From contig JBAXRK010000003.1 in NCBI GenBank assembly GCA_037131245.1, positions 67,333 through 131,332 on the forward strand: 64,000 bases of DNA, written 5' to 3'. The DNA comes from Candidatus Omnitrophota bacterium. Its GTDB lineage: Bacteria; Omnitrophota; Gorgyraeia; Zapsychrales; Fredricksoniimonadaceae. Within the stretch, counting starts at the first letter, position 1; each line of letters opens with the position of its first letter. Position numbers and translations under genes: made by a program. Below, one piece after another: positions 1-9,002 of this stretch. Below the pieces are notes generated by a model, which saw nothing but the letters and a program-made list of their open reading frames with translations, did not search any database and was not told the origin of the DNA.

Positions 1-427
1 TCTCCAGGGGCGGCTCGCGGAAATATTCCCAGGAGCCTTCGAACATGAACCTGAAGCGGGAACTTAAGTTCATGACATTGGGCGTGGAAATAATGAGTTT
101 CCCTCCGGGTTTTAGAATGCGGGCGATCTCCCGGATAACATCGTAGGGATTCCTTAAATGTTCGATGACCTCCGCGAAGATCGCGTAGTTGAATTCGCTC
201 GCGGCGAATGGCATGGGTTTCGTGACATCACAGACTTTCAGGTCGATCTTATCTGATCGCTTGAATCGGGGGACATCCAGGTCGGTAGCGGTCACTTGGA
301 ACCCAAGGTCTTTCAAAGCCACAGAGTAATCGCCGTCGCCGCATCCGAGATCGATGACCTTCCCACGGGATTCATTAGTGAGCAATCCGACCATAGTGTT
401 CAGTAGAGGGTTGTTGTGATTTGTCAT
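1..427 (-). CDS. Class I SAM-dependent methyltransferase (C-terminal end runs off the window)
   Basis: Reverse-strand ORF from ATG (427..425): MTNHNNPLLNTMVGLLTNESRGKVIDLGCGDGDYSV...ARILKPGGKLIISTPN. It has the motif I GxGxG (VIDLGCGDG) and the LKPGG motif. It is absent from the ORF track because it is open at the window edge. Confidence 0.7.
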   Translation of the reverse strand, partial: MTNHNNPLLNTMVGLLTNESRGKVIDLGCGDGDYSVALKDLGFQVTATDLDVPRFKRSDKIDLKVCDVTKPMPFAASEFNYAIFAEVIEHLRNPYDVIREIARILKPGGKLIISTPNVMNLSSRFRFMFEGSWEYFREPPLE

Positions 428-495
428 AGGGGCACTACTATAAGGCCTGTAGCCAGCAATTGAAAGAAATCCTTTCTTATCCGGGTCGGGGTCTA

Positions 496-520
496 TATAA
501 TATGGAAAATTTCCGGAAAT
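496..520 (+). promoter_or_regulatory. Candidate -10 box (TATAAT 496..501) followed by a perfect 14-bp palindrome AATTTCCGGAAATT (507..520)
   Basis: Read directly in the divergent intergenic region between the methyltransferase and the oxidoreductase operon. The palindrome sits where an operator would overlap the transcription start. The -35 is poor. Confidence 0.3.
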
Positions 521-533
521 TATTATCTGTGAG

Positions 534-1556
534 GTGCTTGTGGTTTCTGTCGGTGTTATCGGTTGCGGTCATTGGGGGCCGAACCATATCCGTGTTTTTT
601 CCCAGCTTGCCAACTCCAAATGCCTGATGTGCGCTGATATTGACGAGGCGCGCCTCAAGTCGGTGAAGGCTCTCTTTCCCGGCCTTGAGGTTACCAAAGA
701 CCATCAGGATATCCTGAAGAATCCGGCAGTCGACGCGGTGTGTATCGCGGCGCCGACGCGCTTCCACTATCAGCTGACCAAAGAGGCCCTGGCGGCGGGC
801 AAGCATGTCCTGTGCGAGAAGCCGCTGGCTATGACGGCGGAAGAGTGCCTCGACCTGAAGGCGCTCGCGGAGAAAGCCGGGAAATTTTTGATGGTCGGGC
901 ATGTTTTCACGTTCAATTCCGGTATCCGCTGGGTGAAGGAATATATTGATTCCGGCGAGATGGGGAAGATCTATTACGCGCATTCCGAGCGCACCAATCT
1001 CGGGCCGTTCCGTTACGACGTTAACGCCCTTTGGGACCTGGCGCCGCATGATATTTCTATTTTTGATTATTTGCTGGGCGGCAGTGCGATCGGCGCGTCC
1101 GCGCGCGGGCTTAAATGCCTGGGCAATAAGCTGGAAGACCTTTCTTTTGCCACGCTTGATTATCCCAACGGCGTGCTGGTGAATGTCCACGTGAGCTGGG
1201 CCGATCCGCGCAAGGTCCGTCAGATCACCATCGTCGGCGAGAAAAAAATGCTGGTCTGGGACGACCTCGACCCTATGGGCGCGGTCAAGGTTTACGACAA
1301 GTATGTTGAGCGCACCACGAAATATTATGAAAGTTACGGTGAATTCCAGTTATTGTCTCGGGAAGGTTCCATCACGATCCCGAAAGTGAACCTGGCCGAG
1401 CCGCTTAAGGCGCAGGGGCAGTATTTTATTGATTGTATCGAAAAGAATGTGCCGCCGTCCATCGCGGACGCGGCCAAGGGCGCGTCGGTCGTGCGCACGC
1501 TGGCGGCTGTTCAGCAATCAATGGACCATGGCGGGGCTTCGGTCAAGATCGCATGA
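534..1556 (+). CDS. Gfo/Idh/MocA family NAD-dependent oxidoreductase (sugar-nucleotide dehydrogenase type)
   Basis: N-terminal Rossmann motif VGVIGCGHWGPNH, an EKPLA motif, 340 aa. GTG start. Sits next to acetyltransferase and GT2 genes. Confidence 0.8.
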   Translation: MLVVSVGVIGCGHWGPNHIRVFSQLANSKCLMCADIDEARLKSVKALFPGLEVTKDHQDILKNPAVDAVCIAAPTRFHYQLTKEALAAGKHVLCEKPLAMTAEECLDLKALAEKAGKFLMVGHVFTFNSGIRWVKEYIDSGEMGKIYYAHSERTNLGPFRYDVNALWDLAPHDISIFDYLLGGSAIGASARGLKCLGNKLEDLSFATLDYPNGVLVNVHVSWADPRKVRQITIVGEKKMLVWDDLDPMGAVKVYDKYVERTTKYYESYGEFQLLSREGSITIPKVNLAEPLKAQGQYFIDCIEKNVPPSIADAAKGASVVRTLAAVQQSMDHGGASVKIA

Positions 1557-2056
1557 GCTATTTCAAGCATCCTACAGCATTAGTGGGTGATAAAGCGCGG
1601 GTCGGTGACGGCACGCGCGTGTGGGCGTTCGTCAATATCATGGATGGCGCTTCTATCGGGACGGATTGTAATATTTGCGATCATTGCTATGTCGAGGGGC
1701 AGGTCAGGATCGGCAATAATGTGACGGTGAAGAATAATGTGCCGGTATTCGATGGCGTGACCCTGGAAGATAATGTTTTTGTGGGGCCGAACGCGACGTT
1801 TGTCAACGACCGCTTGCCGCGCAGCCGCAGTACGGGGTGGAAGCTTGAGCGAACAACGGTCAGGAAGGGTGCTTCGATCGGCGCGAACGCGACGGTCATG
1901 TGCGGCATCACGATCGGTGAATACGCGGTGGTCGGCGCCGGTTGCGTGGTCCTTAAGGATGTTCCCCCGCATACGGTCGTGGTGGGGAACCCGGCCCGTT
2001 CGGTCGGCCTGGTCAATAAGAGTGGACAGCGGGCCAGGCCCGAGGAGTTGGCGTGA
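1553..2056 (+). CDS. Left-handed beta-helix (hexapeptide repeat) N-acetyltransferase
   Basis: MSYFKHPTALVGDKARVGDGTRVWAFVNI... shows repeated [LIV]-G-x4 hexapeptides. The ATG at 1553 overlaps the upstream stop (ATGA). The track ORF 1433.. is an upstream extension. Confidence 0.75.
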   Translation: MSYFKHPTALVGDKARVGDGTRVWAFVNIMDGASIGTDCNICDHCYVEGQVRIGNNVTVKNNVPVFDGVTLEDNVFVGPNATFVNDRLPRSRSTGWKLERTTVRKGASIGANATVMCGITIGEYAVVGAGCVVLKDVPPHTVVVGNPARSVGLVNKSGQRARPEELA

Positions 2057-2778
2057 AGATCCTGGTGTCACCGATCGCGTTCAATGAAGAGGTCAAGCTG
2101 CGCAGCGTGGTCGAGCGGTTTCTGAAAAGCCCGCTGGCCGGTAAAGTGGATTACTGCGTTGTTGATGACGGGTCTAATGACGGCACGCAGAAGATGCTTC
2201 AGGGGTTCGCCCCGCGTGGGGTACGCACGCTGCGTCACGCGTTCCAGAGCGGGGTTGGCGCGGCGATCCGTACGGCCATCAAGCATGCCCGGGCGAACGG
2301 CTACGAGGTGCTGGTGATCATGGCCGGCAATGATAAAGATAATCCCGATGAGTTGCCGGTTTTACTTAAAGAGATCGATAACGGTTTCGATTTTGTCCAG
2401 GGTTCGCGTTACAAGGGCAAGGTAGGTACCGGCGGTGACATGCCGTTCTACCGCAAGATCGCGACCCGGTTGCATCCGTGGCTGATGTCTTTTTTTCTCG
2501 GCGTGCGGATCACCGATAGCACGAACGGGTACCGGGCGTTTCGCCTGTCTCTTTTTAACGACGCGCGGATCAATATCGACCAGCCCTGGTTGAACGCCTA
2601 TGAGCTTGAGCCGTATCTGATCTTCAAAGCGATCAAGTTGAAATATAAATTCACGGAAGTGTTCGTGACCAAGATCTATCCACCCAAGAAGCTGGGTTAC
2701 ACCAAGATGAAGCCGCTTCTCGGTTGGTGGAGTATTTTAAAACCGGTATTTTACCTGGGATTGGGGATCAAAAAATGA
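2053..2778 (+). CDS. Family 2 glycosyltransferase (DPM1-like)
   Basis: VVDDGSNDGT motif and a QGSR motif, with a C-terminal membrane-associated tail. GTGA overlap with the upstream gene. Confidence 0.8.
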   Translation: MKILVSPIAFNEEVKLRSVVERFLKSPLAGKVDYCVVDDGSNDGTQKMLQGFAPRGVRTLRHAFQSGVGAAIRTAIKHARANGYEVLVIMAGNDKDNPDELPVLLKEIDNGFDFVQGSRYKGKVGTGGDMPFYRKIATRLHPWLMSFFLGVRITDSTNGYRAFRLSLFNDARINIDQPWLNAYELEPYLIFKAIKLKYKFTEVFVTKIYPPKKLGYTKMKPLLGWWSILKPVFYLGLGIKK

Positions 2779-3554
2779 AGATCTACGGCAAGAATCCGGT
2801 CCTCGAACGCTTGAAGGCGAACCCGAAAAGCGTGCGTGTTATTTTTGTGCAGTCGGGCCATCCGGAGCACAGCTATATTGCCACGAAGGCCAAGAAGCAT
2901 AATATCCCGGTCCAGGTCGTTGAGGCGCGTAAAATGCTTAAGCTCGGGCGCAGCCTTAATACGCAGGGCTTGCTGATGGATGTTGAGGACTTTGAGTATG
3001 TTGATTATGAGCTGGTGTTGGAAGAAGCAGCGGCCGGCGCGACAGTGTTGGTTTTTATTGACGGTTTAAATGATCCGCAGAACCTGGGCGCGATCATCCG
3101 CAGCCTGGGCTGCCTGGGGGGTTTTACGCTGGTGTTGCCGACCCATGACTCAGTGCATGTAACGGACGCTGTTTTACGCGTCGCTTGCGGCGGGGAAAAT
3201 CACGCGCGGGTCGCGAAAGTCAATAATCTTAACCAGGCTATTTCGAAAGCCAAGAGCGCCGGGATCTGGATCGCCGGCAGCGTGGTCAAGGACGGCGTCG
3301 ACCTTAAGGCGACGAAGTTGCCGTTCCCGCTGGCGCTGGTGATCGGGTCGGAGGAAAAAGGGATCCGTGAGGTCACCTTGCCGCGTTTGGACCTGAAGCT
3401 CACGATCTTCATGGCGCATCCGCGCATGTCGCTTAACGCCGCGCACGCCGCGAGTATTTTTTGTTACGAGATCAATAAACAAAGGCCCAAGCATGCCCCC
3501 AAAACAAAAAGCCAGTCGGGCGAAAAAGTCGACTACGACAACCTCCCGGAGTAA
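2775..3554 (+). CDS. SpoU/TrmH-family RNA 2'-O-methyltransferase (RlmB-like)
   Basis: MKIYGKNPVLERLKANPKSV... is the substrate-binding N-domain. SpoU motifs are DGLNDPQNLGAIIRS, LVIGSEEKG and SLNAAHAASI. The ATG overlaps the upstream stop. Confidence 0.75.
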   Translation: MKIYGKNPVLERLKANPKSVRVIFVQSGHPEHSYIATKAKKHNIPVQVVEARKMLKLGRSLNTQGLLMDVEDFEYVDYELVLEEAAAGATVLVFIDGLNDPQNLGAIIRSLGCLGGFTLVLPTHDSVHVTDAVLRVACGGENHARVAKVNNLNQAISKAKSAGIWIAGSVVKDGVDLKATKLPFPLALVIGSEEKGIREVTLPRLDLKLTIFMAHPRMSLNAAHAASIFCYEINKQRPKHAPKTKSQSGEKVDYDNLPE

Positions 3555-4116
3555 AGCGCTGGATTTTTTCGCCGAGGCCGGCCTGCTCAAGCGCGTGAAG
3601 CGCAGTGGCTGGTGGGTGGCGGGGATCGAGAATCCGGAGAGCGTGGCCGATCATTGCTTCCGTTGCGCGGTCATCGGTTTTTACATGGCGCATGAAGAAG
3701 GCGCTGATCCGTACCGGGTACTGGCGATGACCCTTTTTAATGATATTCATGAAGCCCGCATCAATGACCTCCACAAGATGGGGCATTACTATATCGATTT
3801 TAAGGCCGCCGAGAAGCGCGTGTTCGCCGACCAGGTAGCGTCGCTGCCTTCCAAGGTGAAGTCCGAGCTTGAGAGCGTGCGCCATGATTATGATGCTCAG
3901 GCCACGCTTGAAGCGCTGGTGGCCCGCGACGCGGATATCCTGGAGTGCCTGGTCCAGGCCAAAGAATATTGCGACAACGGCTATCCCGTCGCGAAAAAGT
4001 TCCTCAAGCGGGCGCCGGGTTTTCTTAAGACACGGACGGCAAAAAGCCTCTGGGAGGCGCTGCAGGCCTGGGATTCTACGGTTTGGTGGGAGAATGTCGT
4101 CAAATTTGAGCGTTAA
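3493..4116 (+). CDS. HD-domain phosphohydrolase (YfbR/COG1896-like) with a Lys/Ser/Thr-rich N-terminal extension
   Basis: LKRVKRSGW, ESVADHCFR and NDIHEARINDL give the H..HD..D pattern. The only ATG gives a 62-nt overlap with the upstream gene. Confidence 0.7.
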   Translation: MPPKQKASRAKKSTTTTSRSKALDFFAEAGLLKRVKRSGWWVAGIENPESVADHCFRCAVIGFYMAHEEGADPYRVLAMTLFNDIHEARINDLHKMGHYYIDFKAAEKRVFADQVASLPSKVKSELESVRHDYDAQATLEALVARDADILECLVQAKEYCDNGYPVAKKFLKRAPGFLKTRTAKSLWEALQAWDSTVWWENVVKFER

Positions 4117-4124
4117 AAAGAGAT

Positions 4125-4155
4125 CGATTTGGCCACTGCCAAATCGGAGTTTTAT
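4125..4155 (+). terminator. Possible intrinsic terminator after the HD gene
   Basis: Stem CGATTTGGC (4125..4133) pairs with GCCAAATCG (4138..4146) around loop CACT, followed by GGAGTTTTAT. The U-tract is short. Confidence 0.35.
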
Positions 4156-4205
4156 AGTATAATGAGTTTTATGTAAATTTAATAACCATCGATCGTTAGG
4201 AACAG

Positions 4206-6137
4206 ATGGCAGTTAAGCAGACAGACCTTTCTGGATTTATTGATTCGCTTAAGATCGGCATCGCCCGCATTAACTATGGGACGGGCGCCCGGTTCCTTTT
4301 TGTCAATTCCGCCCTGGCGCAAATGCTCCATTACCAGAAGGTCGATCTGGTCGGACGTAAGTTCTCGGACATCTTCCAGAGCCGTAAAACAATGAGTGAT
4401 ATTTTCCGGGCCCTCGACAATAATGTCAGTTTTGATGGCCAGGAGATCCCTCTGAAGTGCAGGAGAGAGGGCTCGATCTGGGCGGCGGTATCCATTACTG
4501 TCGAAAAAGATGCTAAAGGCCGGGTGCAATTCCTGGATCTGGTCGTTGAAGATATTACCCGGCAGAGAAAGATTGAACAAGACCTGGCGCGCTCCAAGGA
4601 ACTTTTTAAGGTCGTTTTTGATAATTCCGCGGCGGCGATCACCGTGACCGATGAGCAGGAACAGATCGTGGCCTGGAACCCGTTCACTGAGAACATGCTG
4701 GACATGGGCCGGGAGGAATTGTTCAACAAGCCGGTGAAGGATATTTATCCCGAACGCGAGTGGCGCAAGTTGCGTAAGCTCAAGATCCGCCAGAAGGGCC
4801 AGCTTTCGGGCATTAATACGCAGGTCATCAAAAAGGATGGCACGATCCTGGATGTTGACGCGTCCATCTCCATCCTTAAAGACACCAAGGGCAAGATCGT
4901 CGGGTCCATCGGGATCCTGCGCGATATTAGCAAGCAGAAGCGCGTTCAGGAAGCGTTGCTTAATGCCAAGATCGCGGCCGAGGTTGCCAATAGTTCCAAA
5001 AGCATGTTCCTGGCAAAAATGTCCCACGAGCTCCGCACCCCGATGAACGCGGTGATCGGCATGTTGGACCTGACGCTCGATACGTCGCTGTCGGATGAGC
5101 AGCGCGATAATTTAAAAGTAGCCAAGGACGCGGCGGGCAACCTGCTGGGCGTTCTTAACGATATCCTGGATCTTTCCAAGGCGGAGGCGGGGAAGATCTC
5201 GATCGAGCAGATCGAGATCAGTTTGCGCGATGTGATCAAAAGTGTTTGCAAAGGGCTTACGATCCTCGCCCAGAACAAAGGCCTTGAACTGCGCCATGCC
5301 GTAGCGGAAGATATCCCGGCGCTGGTCATGGGCGATCCGGTGCGTATCCGTCAGATCATTATTAATCTGGTCAATAACTCCATCAAGTTTACCCATATGG
5401 GGCACGTTGAGGTGGCGGTCAGGAAGGTGGCTTGCGAGGGCGATCTGTGTGAAATACAGTTTTCAATATCCGATACCGGTATCGGGATCCCCAAGGATCG
5501 TCAGAATTCCTTGTTCGAAGTTTTTAGTCAAGTCGACGGCAGCACATCGCGCCGTTATGGCGGCACCGGGCTGGGCTTGGCCATCTGCAAGAAGCTCGTC
5601 GAGATGATGGATGGCCGTATTTGGATCGAGAGTGAAGAAGGCAAAGGCAGCAGTTTTAATTTTTGTATCAAGCTGAAGGTCAGCGCCAAAGCCGCGCCGA
5701 TCGCCGTCGCGTCCGGGGAAGAGGGGCTCGCTAAGGCTGCCGACCCGGTTGGGCACCTGCGCATCCTGTTGGCCGAGGATAATTTGGTCAATCAGAAGAT
5801 CGCCGCGCGGGTCCTGGAAAAACGCGGGTGGGAAGTGGTGTGCGCCGTTAATGGCCGCGAGGTGCTCGATATCGTCGGAAAAAGCCATTTTGACCTGATC
5901 CTGATGGACGATCATATGCCCGAAATGTCGGGCGTTGAGGCGACCGTCCTTATCCGTACCGAAGAAAAGCAGACCGGCCTGCATATCCCGATCATTGCCA
6001 TGACCGCCAACGCGATGACCGGCGACCGCGAGAAATATCTGGCCCACGGGATGGACGATTACGTGTCGAAGCCCATTGACCGCGAGGTGCTGTTCCTAAC
6101 GATCACTAACCTTATCCAACAAAGGAAATCCGAATGA
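4206..6137 (+). CDS. Hybrid sensor histidine kinase (PAS-PAS-HisKA-HATPase_c-REC)
   Basis: H-box MSHELRTPMNAVIGM, N box NLVNNSIKFT, G boxes DTGIGI and GTGLGLAI. C-terminal receiver domain ILLAEDN...DLILMDDHMPEMSG...SKP. Confidence 0.85.
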   Translation: MAVKQTDLSGFIDSLKIGIARINYGTGARFLFVNSALAQMLHYQKVDLVGRKFSDIFQSRKTMSDIFRALDNNVSFDGQEIPLKCRREGSIWAAVSITVEKDAKGRVQFLDLVVEDITRQRKIEQDLARSKELFKVVFDNSAAAITVTDEQEQIVAWNPFTENMLDMGREELFNKPVKDIYPEREWRKLRKLKIRQKGQLSGINTQVIKKDGTILDVDASISILKDTKGKIVGSIGILRDISKQKRVQEALLNAKIAAEVANSSKSMFLAKMSHELRTPMNAVIGMLDLTLDTSLSDEQRDNLKVAKDAAGNLLGVLNDILDLSKAEAGKISIEQIEISLRDVIKSVCKGLTILAQNKGLELRHAVAEDIPALVMGDPVRIRQIIINLVNNSIKFTHMGHVEVAVRKVACEGDLCEIQFSISDTGIGIPKDRQNSLFEVFSQVDGSTSRRYGGTGLGLAICKKLVEMMDGRIWIESEEGKGSSFNFCIKLKVSAKAAPIAVASGEEGLAKAADPVGHLRILLAEDNLVNQKIAARVLEKRGWEVVCAVNGREVLDIVGKSHFDLILMDDHMPEMSGVEATVLIRTEEKQTGLHIPIIAMTANAMTGDREKYLAHGMDDYVSKPIDREVLFLTITNLIQQRKSE

Positions 6138-6484
6138 GTCAGGTCATCGATCTAAAAGACGTATTGGAGCGCGTTCAGGACGACAAAGAGCTGATGCTGG
6201 AGTTGTTCGATATCTTTATCGAGGATTTCGTGGGCAAGCGCGAAACGTTCTGGAAAGCGTTCGAGAAACACGATACGTCCGGTTTTGCCATGATCGCTCA
6301 CGGGCTCAAGGGTGCTACCGGGAACATTTCAGCCGCCCAGATGCACGAGAATTGCGTGATCCTTGACCGCATGGGCAAGGACGGGGATATCAAGAACGCC
6401 CGTCCCGCGCTGGAGCTCTTGGATCGCCAGTTTGCCGAGTTCAAGGTCGAGGCCGCGCGCCTTAAGGCCGAATTTAAAAAATGA
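6134..6484 (+). CDS. Hpt (histidine phosphotransfer) domain protein
   Basis: AHGLKGATGNISA (HxLKG motif), 116 aa. Start overlaps the kinase stop. Confidence 0.8.
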   Translation: MSQVIDLKDVLERVQDDKELMLELFDIFIEDFVGKRETFWKAFEKHDTSGFAMIAHGLKGATGNISAAQMHENCVILDRMGKDGDIKNARPALELLDRQFAEFKVEAARLKAEFKK

Positions 6485-8250
6485 AACTGCCGGCCTCAGT
6501 CCTGGCTTTATTCCTGGCCGTCCTGGGGCTCTTTTTCTACGCTCCCGTCCTGCAGTATCCTTTCGTTCATGACGATGTGGCTTTTATCCGCTTGAATCCG
6601 GATATCGGGCGCTGGGACAATATCGCGGATGCCTTCCTTCATCCTGGTGTTGATCTTGGCTCGGGGCGGGTCCCTACGCCGTATTACCGTCCGGTGCTGG
6701 AGGTCCTTAACCGGGCCCAGTATGCCTTGTTCGGGTTTGATGCGGCGGGATTTCATTTCTTCAATGTTCTGGTTCATGTCCTTAATGCCTGCCTGCTGAT
6801 GGCCGTCCTGACGGCCGCGTTCGCCTGCCCGGCGGGGTGGGCTTTTTTCCTGGCAGCGGTTTTTCTTCTTCATCCGGTGCAGACTCAGGCGGTGGCTTGT
6901 GTATCAGGCCTGTCGAACCTGGCGTCAGCGTTCTTTCTTCTGGTCTCTTTCTTGAGTTATTGGCGGACACGTACTCCCGGTTCAGGGATCTTCTGGTTAT
7001 TTTTATCCGGTGGGTCTTTTGTGGCGGCGCTTTTCACCAAAGAATCGGCGGTCATGCTGCCGCTGGTCATTGTGTTGTATGAAAGTCTTGTTGGATCCGG
7101 TTCACGCCGTCGGGTCCCGGTTATCGGGTTGGCGTTGCTGGCGGGATCGTTCCTCGTTTGGCGGCACGCTTTATTGCCCGGCCTGGCAGGACAGATCTTC
7201 GATCTTCCTGGTGAATGGCGTTTGCGCCTTTTATCTATTCCGTCTGCGCTGATCAATGATGCGCGACTCATTGTCTGGCCGGTAGACCTGCATTATTTAC
7301 GGCAGATCGATGTGCTGGCGCCGCAAATTTCACCGGCCTTGTTCCTGACTAGCGGGGCCTTGCTGATAACGGCGGCACTTATAAGAGCAAGCGATGTGGT
7401 GCGACGCCATGCCTTGTTCGGGCTGGGCTGGTTCCTGCTCTTTTTACTGCCGCATCTCAATATTGCCCCGATGATCAATGAATATTCTTTTGTCCAGGCG
7501 GCGGAACACTTCCTGTACCTGCCGCTTTTCGGGATCCTGCTGGTAACGGCCGCTTTTCTTCCGGGGCTGCTCCGCGGCGTGAGCAGCCGGATCATGATAA
7601 TGGCGGGAGCGGGCCTGATCCTGGCATGCGGCATCCTGACGGCGGGCCAGCTGCCGTTCTGGCGTTCCGAGGTCGTGCTTTTTGAACGGGCGGTCTTGTT
7701 CGAACCGAGGGCCGGCCGGGTGAGGTTGCTACTGGCGCGGGCTTATGCCGACGCCGGGCGGTATGATGAGGCCTGGCGTGAATACGCGGTTTCCTTGCAA
7801 ATCATGACGGAATATGTTAAAAAGGCAGGGCATTCACAGGGCGCTGTGGCGGTGTACCGGCAGTTCATTAAGACGATCTATTTCGATCGCGGGCAATTGC
7901 TGTTACGCAAGGGTGATCCGGTTGGCGCGAATCGGGAATTCTTGTTATCGCTCAGGACGGTGGCGCCAAGCGTGGCGGGCTTTAATGCCAGGGCGCAGGA
8001 TTGCCGGACGTTCAGCTTTTTGGCGATGAATAGGGTCCGTGCCGGGGACATGACCGTGGCCGCCAGGTATTTTAAATTGGCGCTAGCCGCTAATGCCGCC
8101 GATGTGGAAGCCTTGAATAATATGGGGATGGTCTATCTTCAGCGGAAGAATGATGATATGGCCCGGTTCTTTTTTGAGCGGGCCCTTAAGGTCCACCCCG
8201 GGTTCGGCCCCGCCTGGGAGAATTTGAAGCGGCTGGATATTAAAAGGTAG
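6481..8250 (+). CDS. Polytopic membrane protein with C-terminal TPR repeats (GT-C / TMTC- or PMT-like glycosyltransferase candidate)
   Basis: About 10 predicted TM helices, a first-loop acidic motif FVHDDVAF and a YYRPV motif. The C-terminal ~180 aa hold TPR-like repeats (ARAYADAGRYDEA..., NNMGMVYLQRKNDDMA...). Confidence 0.55.
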   Translation: MKLPASVLALFLAVLGLFFYAPVLQYPFVHDDVAFIRLNPDIGRWDNIADAFLHPGVDLGSGRVPTPYYRPVLEVLNRAQYALFGFDAAGFHFFNVLVHVLNACLLMAVLTAAFACPAGWAFFLAAVFLLHPVQTQAVACVSGLSNLASAFFLLVSFLSYWRTRTPGSGIFWLFLSGGSFVAALFTKESAVMLPLVIVLYESLVGSGSRRRVPVIGLALLAGSFLVWRHALLPGLAGQIFDLPGEWRLRLLSIPSALINDARLIVWPVDLHYLRQIDVLAPQISPALFLTSGALLITAALIRASDVVRRHALFGLGWFLLFLLPHLNIAPMINEYSFVQAAEHFLYLPLFGILLVTAAFLPGLLRGVSSRIMIMAGAGLILACGILTAGQLPFWRSEVVLFERAVLFEPRAGRVRLLLARAYADAGRYDEAWREYAVSLQIMTEYVKKAGHSQGAVAVYRQFIKTIYFDRGQLLLRKGDPVGANREFLLSLRTVAPSVAGFNARAQDCRTFSFLAMNRVRAGDMTVAARYFKLALAANAADVEALNNMGMVYLQRKNDDMARFFFERALKVHPGFGPAWENLKRLDIKR

Positions 8251-8258
8251 GGATAGCT

Positions 8259-8987
8259 ATGTCGATAGGCTTGATCGTGGGTGGGACATTAGTGGTGCTG
8301 GGCGTTCTGCTGTTCCTGGCGTGGCAGATACCCGATGTTATTGAAAAAGCTCAGAAGAAGAACAAGCGTGCGCCCGCTGCTCTGCCGCCTAAGGACTGGC
8401 AGCCGATCGCGGAGCGTTTTGAGAAGCGCGTGAAGATCATGGAAGAGGCCGCGCAGTCATTTGAAGCGCAGTTGCGGGGTAAGGACAAACAGGCTGAGCA
8501 AGTTAACACGACGCTGGCCCTGGTCAGGAAACAGTTAGAGCAGGAGAAAGCCTGGCGGGAGAAGGAAGAGGCCGAGCTGCAGAAAGAAAAGAAACAGGAG
8601 CGCACCTTACAGGAAGAGCTGCTTAAGACGCGCCAGGCGCTTAATACCGAGTCGACCGAAAAGATCAAGCTGGAGCATGAATTGACGGATATCCGTCGTG
8701 AGCGTGAGCAGTTGTCAGGCACAGGCCGCGGCCTTTCCTCGCGGGTCCTGGAATTGGATCGTCAGCTGGAAAGCGCGCTCAAAGAATTAAAGCAGTTACG
8801 GGAACAAAATTACGAGTTGAGCCGTAAAAGAGAAGACACCGAATGGGTGGCCAAAAGCGATTACAGGCAGCTGGAGAGCGCGCTTAAGCGTGCCCGTTTT
8901 GAAGGGGAGGAATTTAAGAAGGCGTTTCCTCCTTCAGAGTGGCCGGCGTCGCTGCGGCCTGATCAGGACCGCAAGGCAGAGAAATAA
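8259..8987 (+). CDS. N-terminally anchored coiled-coil protein (hypothetical)
   Basis: One N-terminal TM helix followed by ~200 aa of E/K/Q/L-rich heptad-like sequence. No catalytic motif seen. Confidence 0.5.
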   Translation: MSIGLIVGGTLVVLGVLLFLAWQIPDVIEKAQKKNKRAPAALPPKDWQPIAERFEKRVKIMEEAAQSFEAQLRGKDKQAEQVNTTLALVRKQLEQEKAWREKEEAELQKEKKQERTLQEELLKTRQALNTESTEKIKLEHELTDIRREREQLSGTGRGLSSRVLELDRQLESALKELKQLREQNYELSRKREDTEWVAKSDYRQLESALKRARFEGEEFKKAFPPSEWPASLRPDQDRKAEK

Positions 8988-9002
8988 TCACGGAGATTAT
9001 AT

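Noticed and set aside
477-1190. A 237-aa minus-strand ORF overlapping the Gfo/Idh/MocA gene.
   Set aside because: The + strand frame carries the Rossmann and EKP motifs. The real minus-strand gene (the methyltransferase) ends at 427.
4179-5027. A 282-aa minus-strand ORF opposite the histidine kinase. Similar antisense ORFs occur at 18582..19490, 26960..27892, 59800..60549, 60925..61671 and 62364..62948.
   Set aside because: All lie inside well-supported + strand genes, lack recognisable domains, and have the biased composition of antisense frames.
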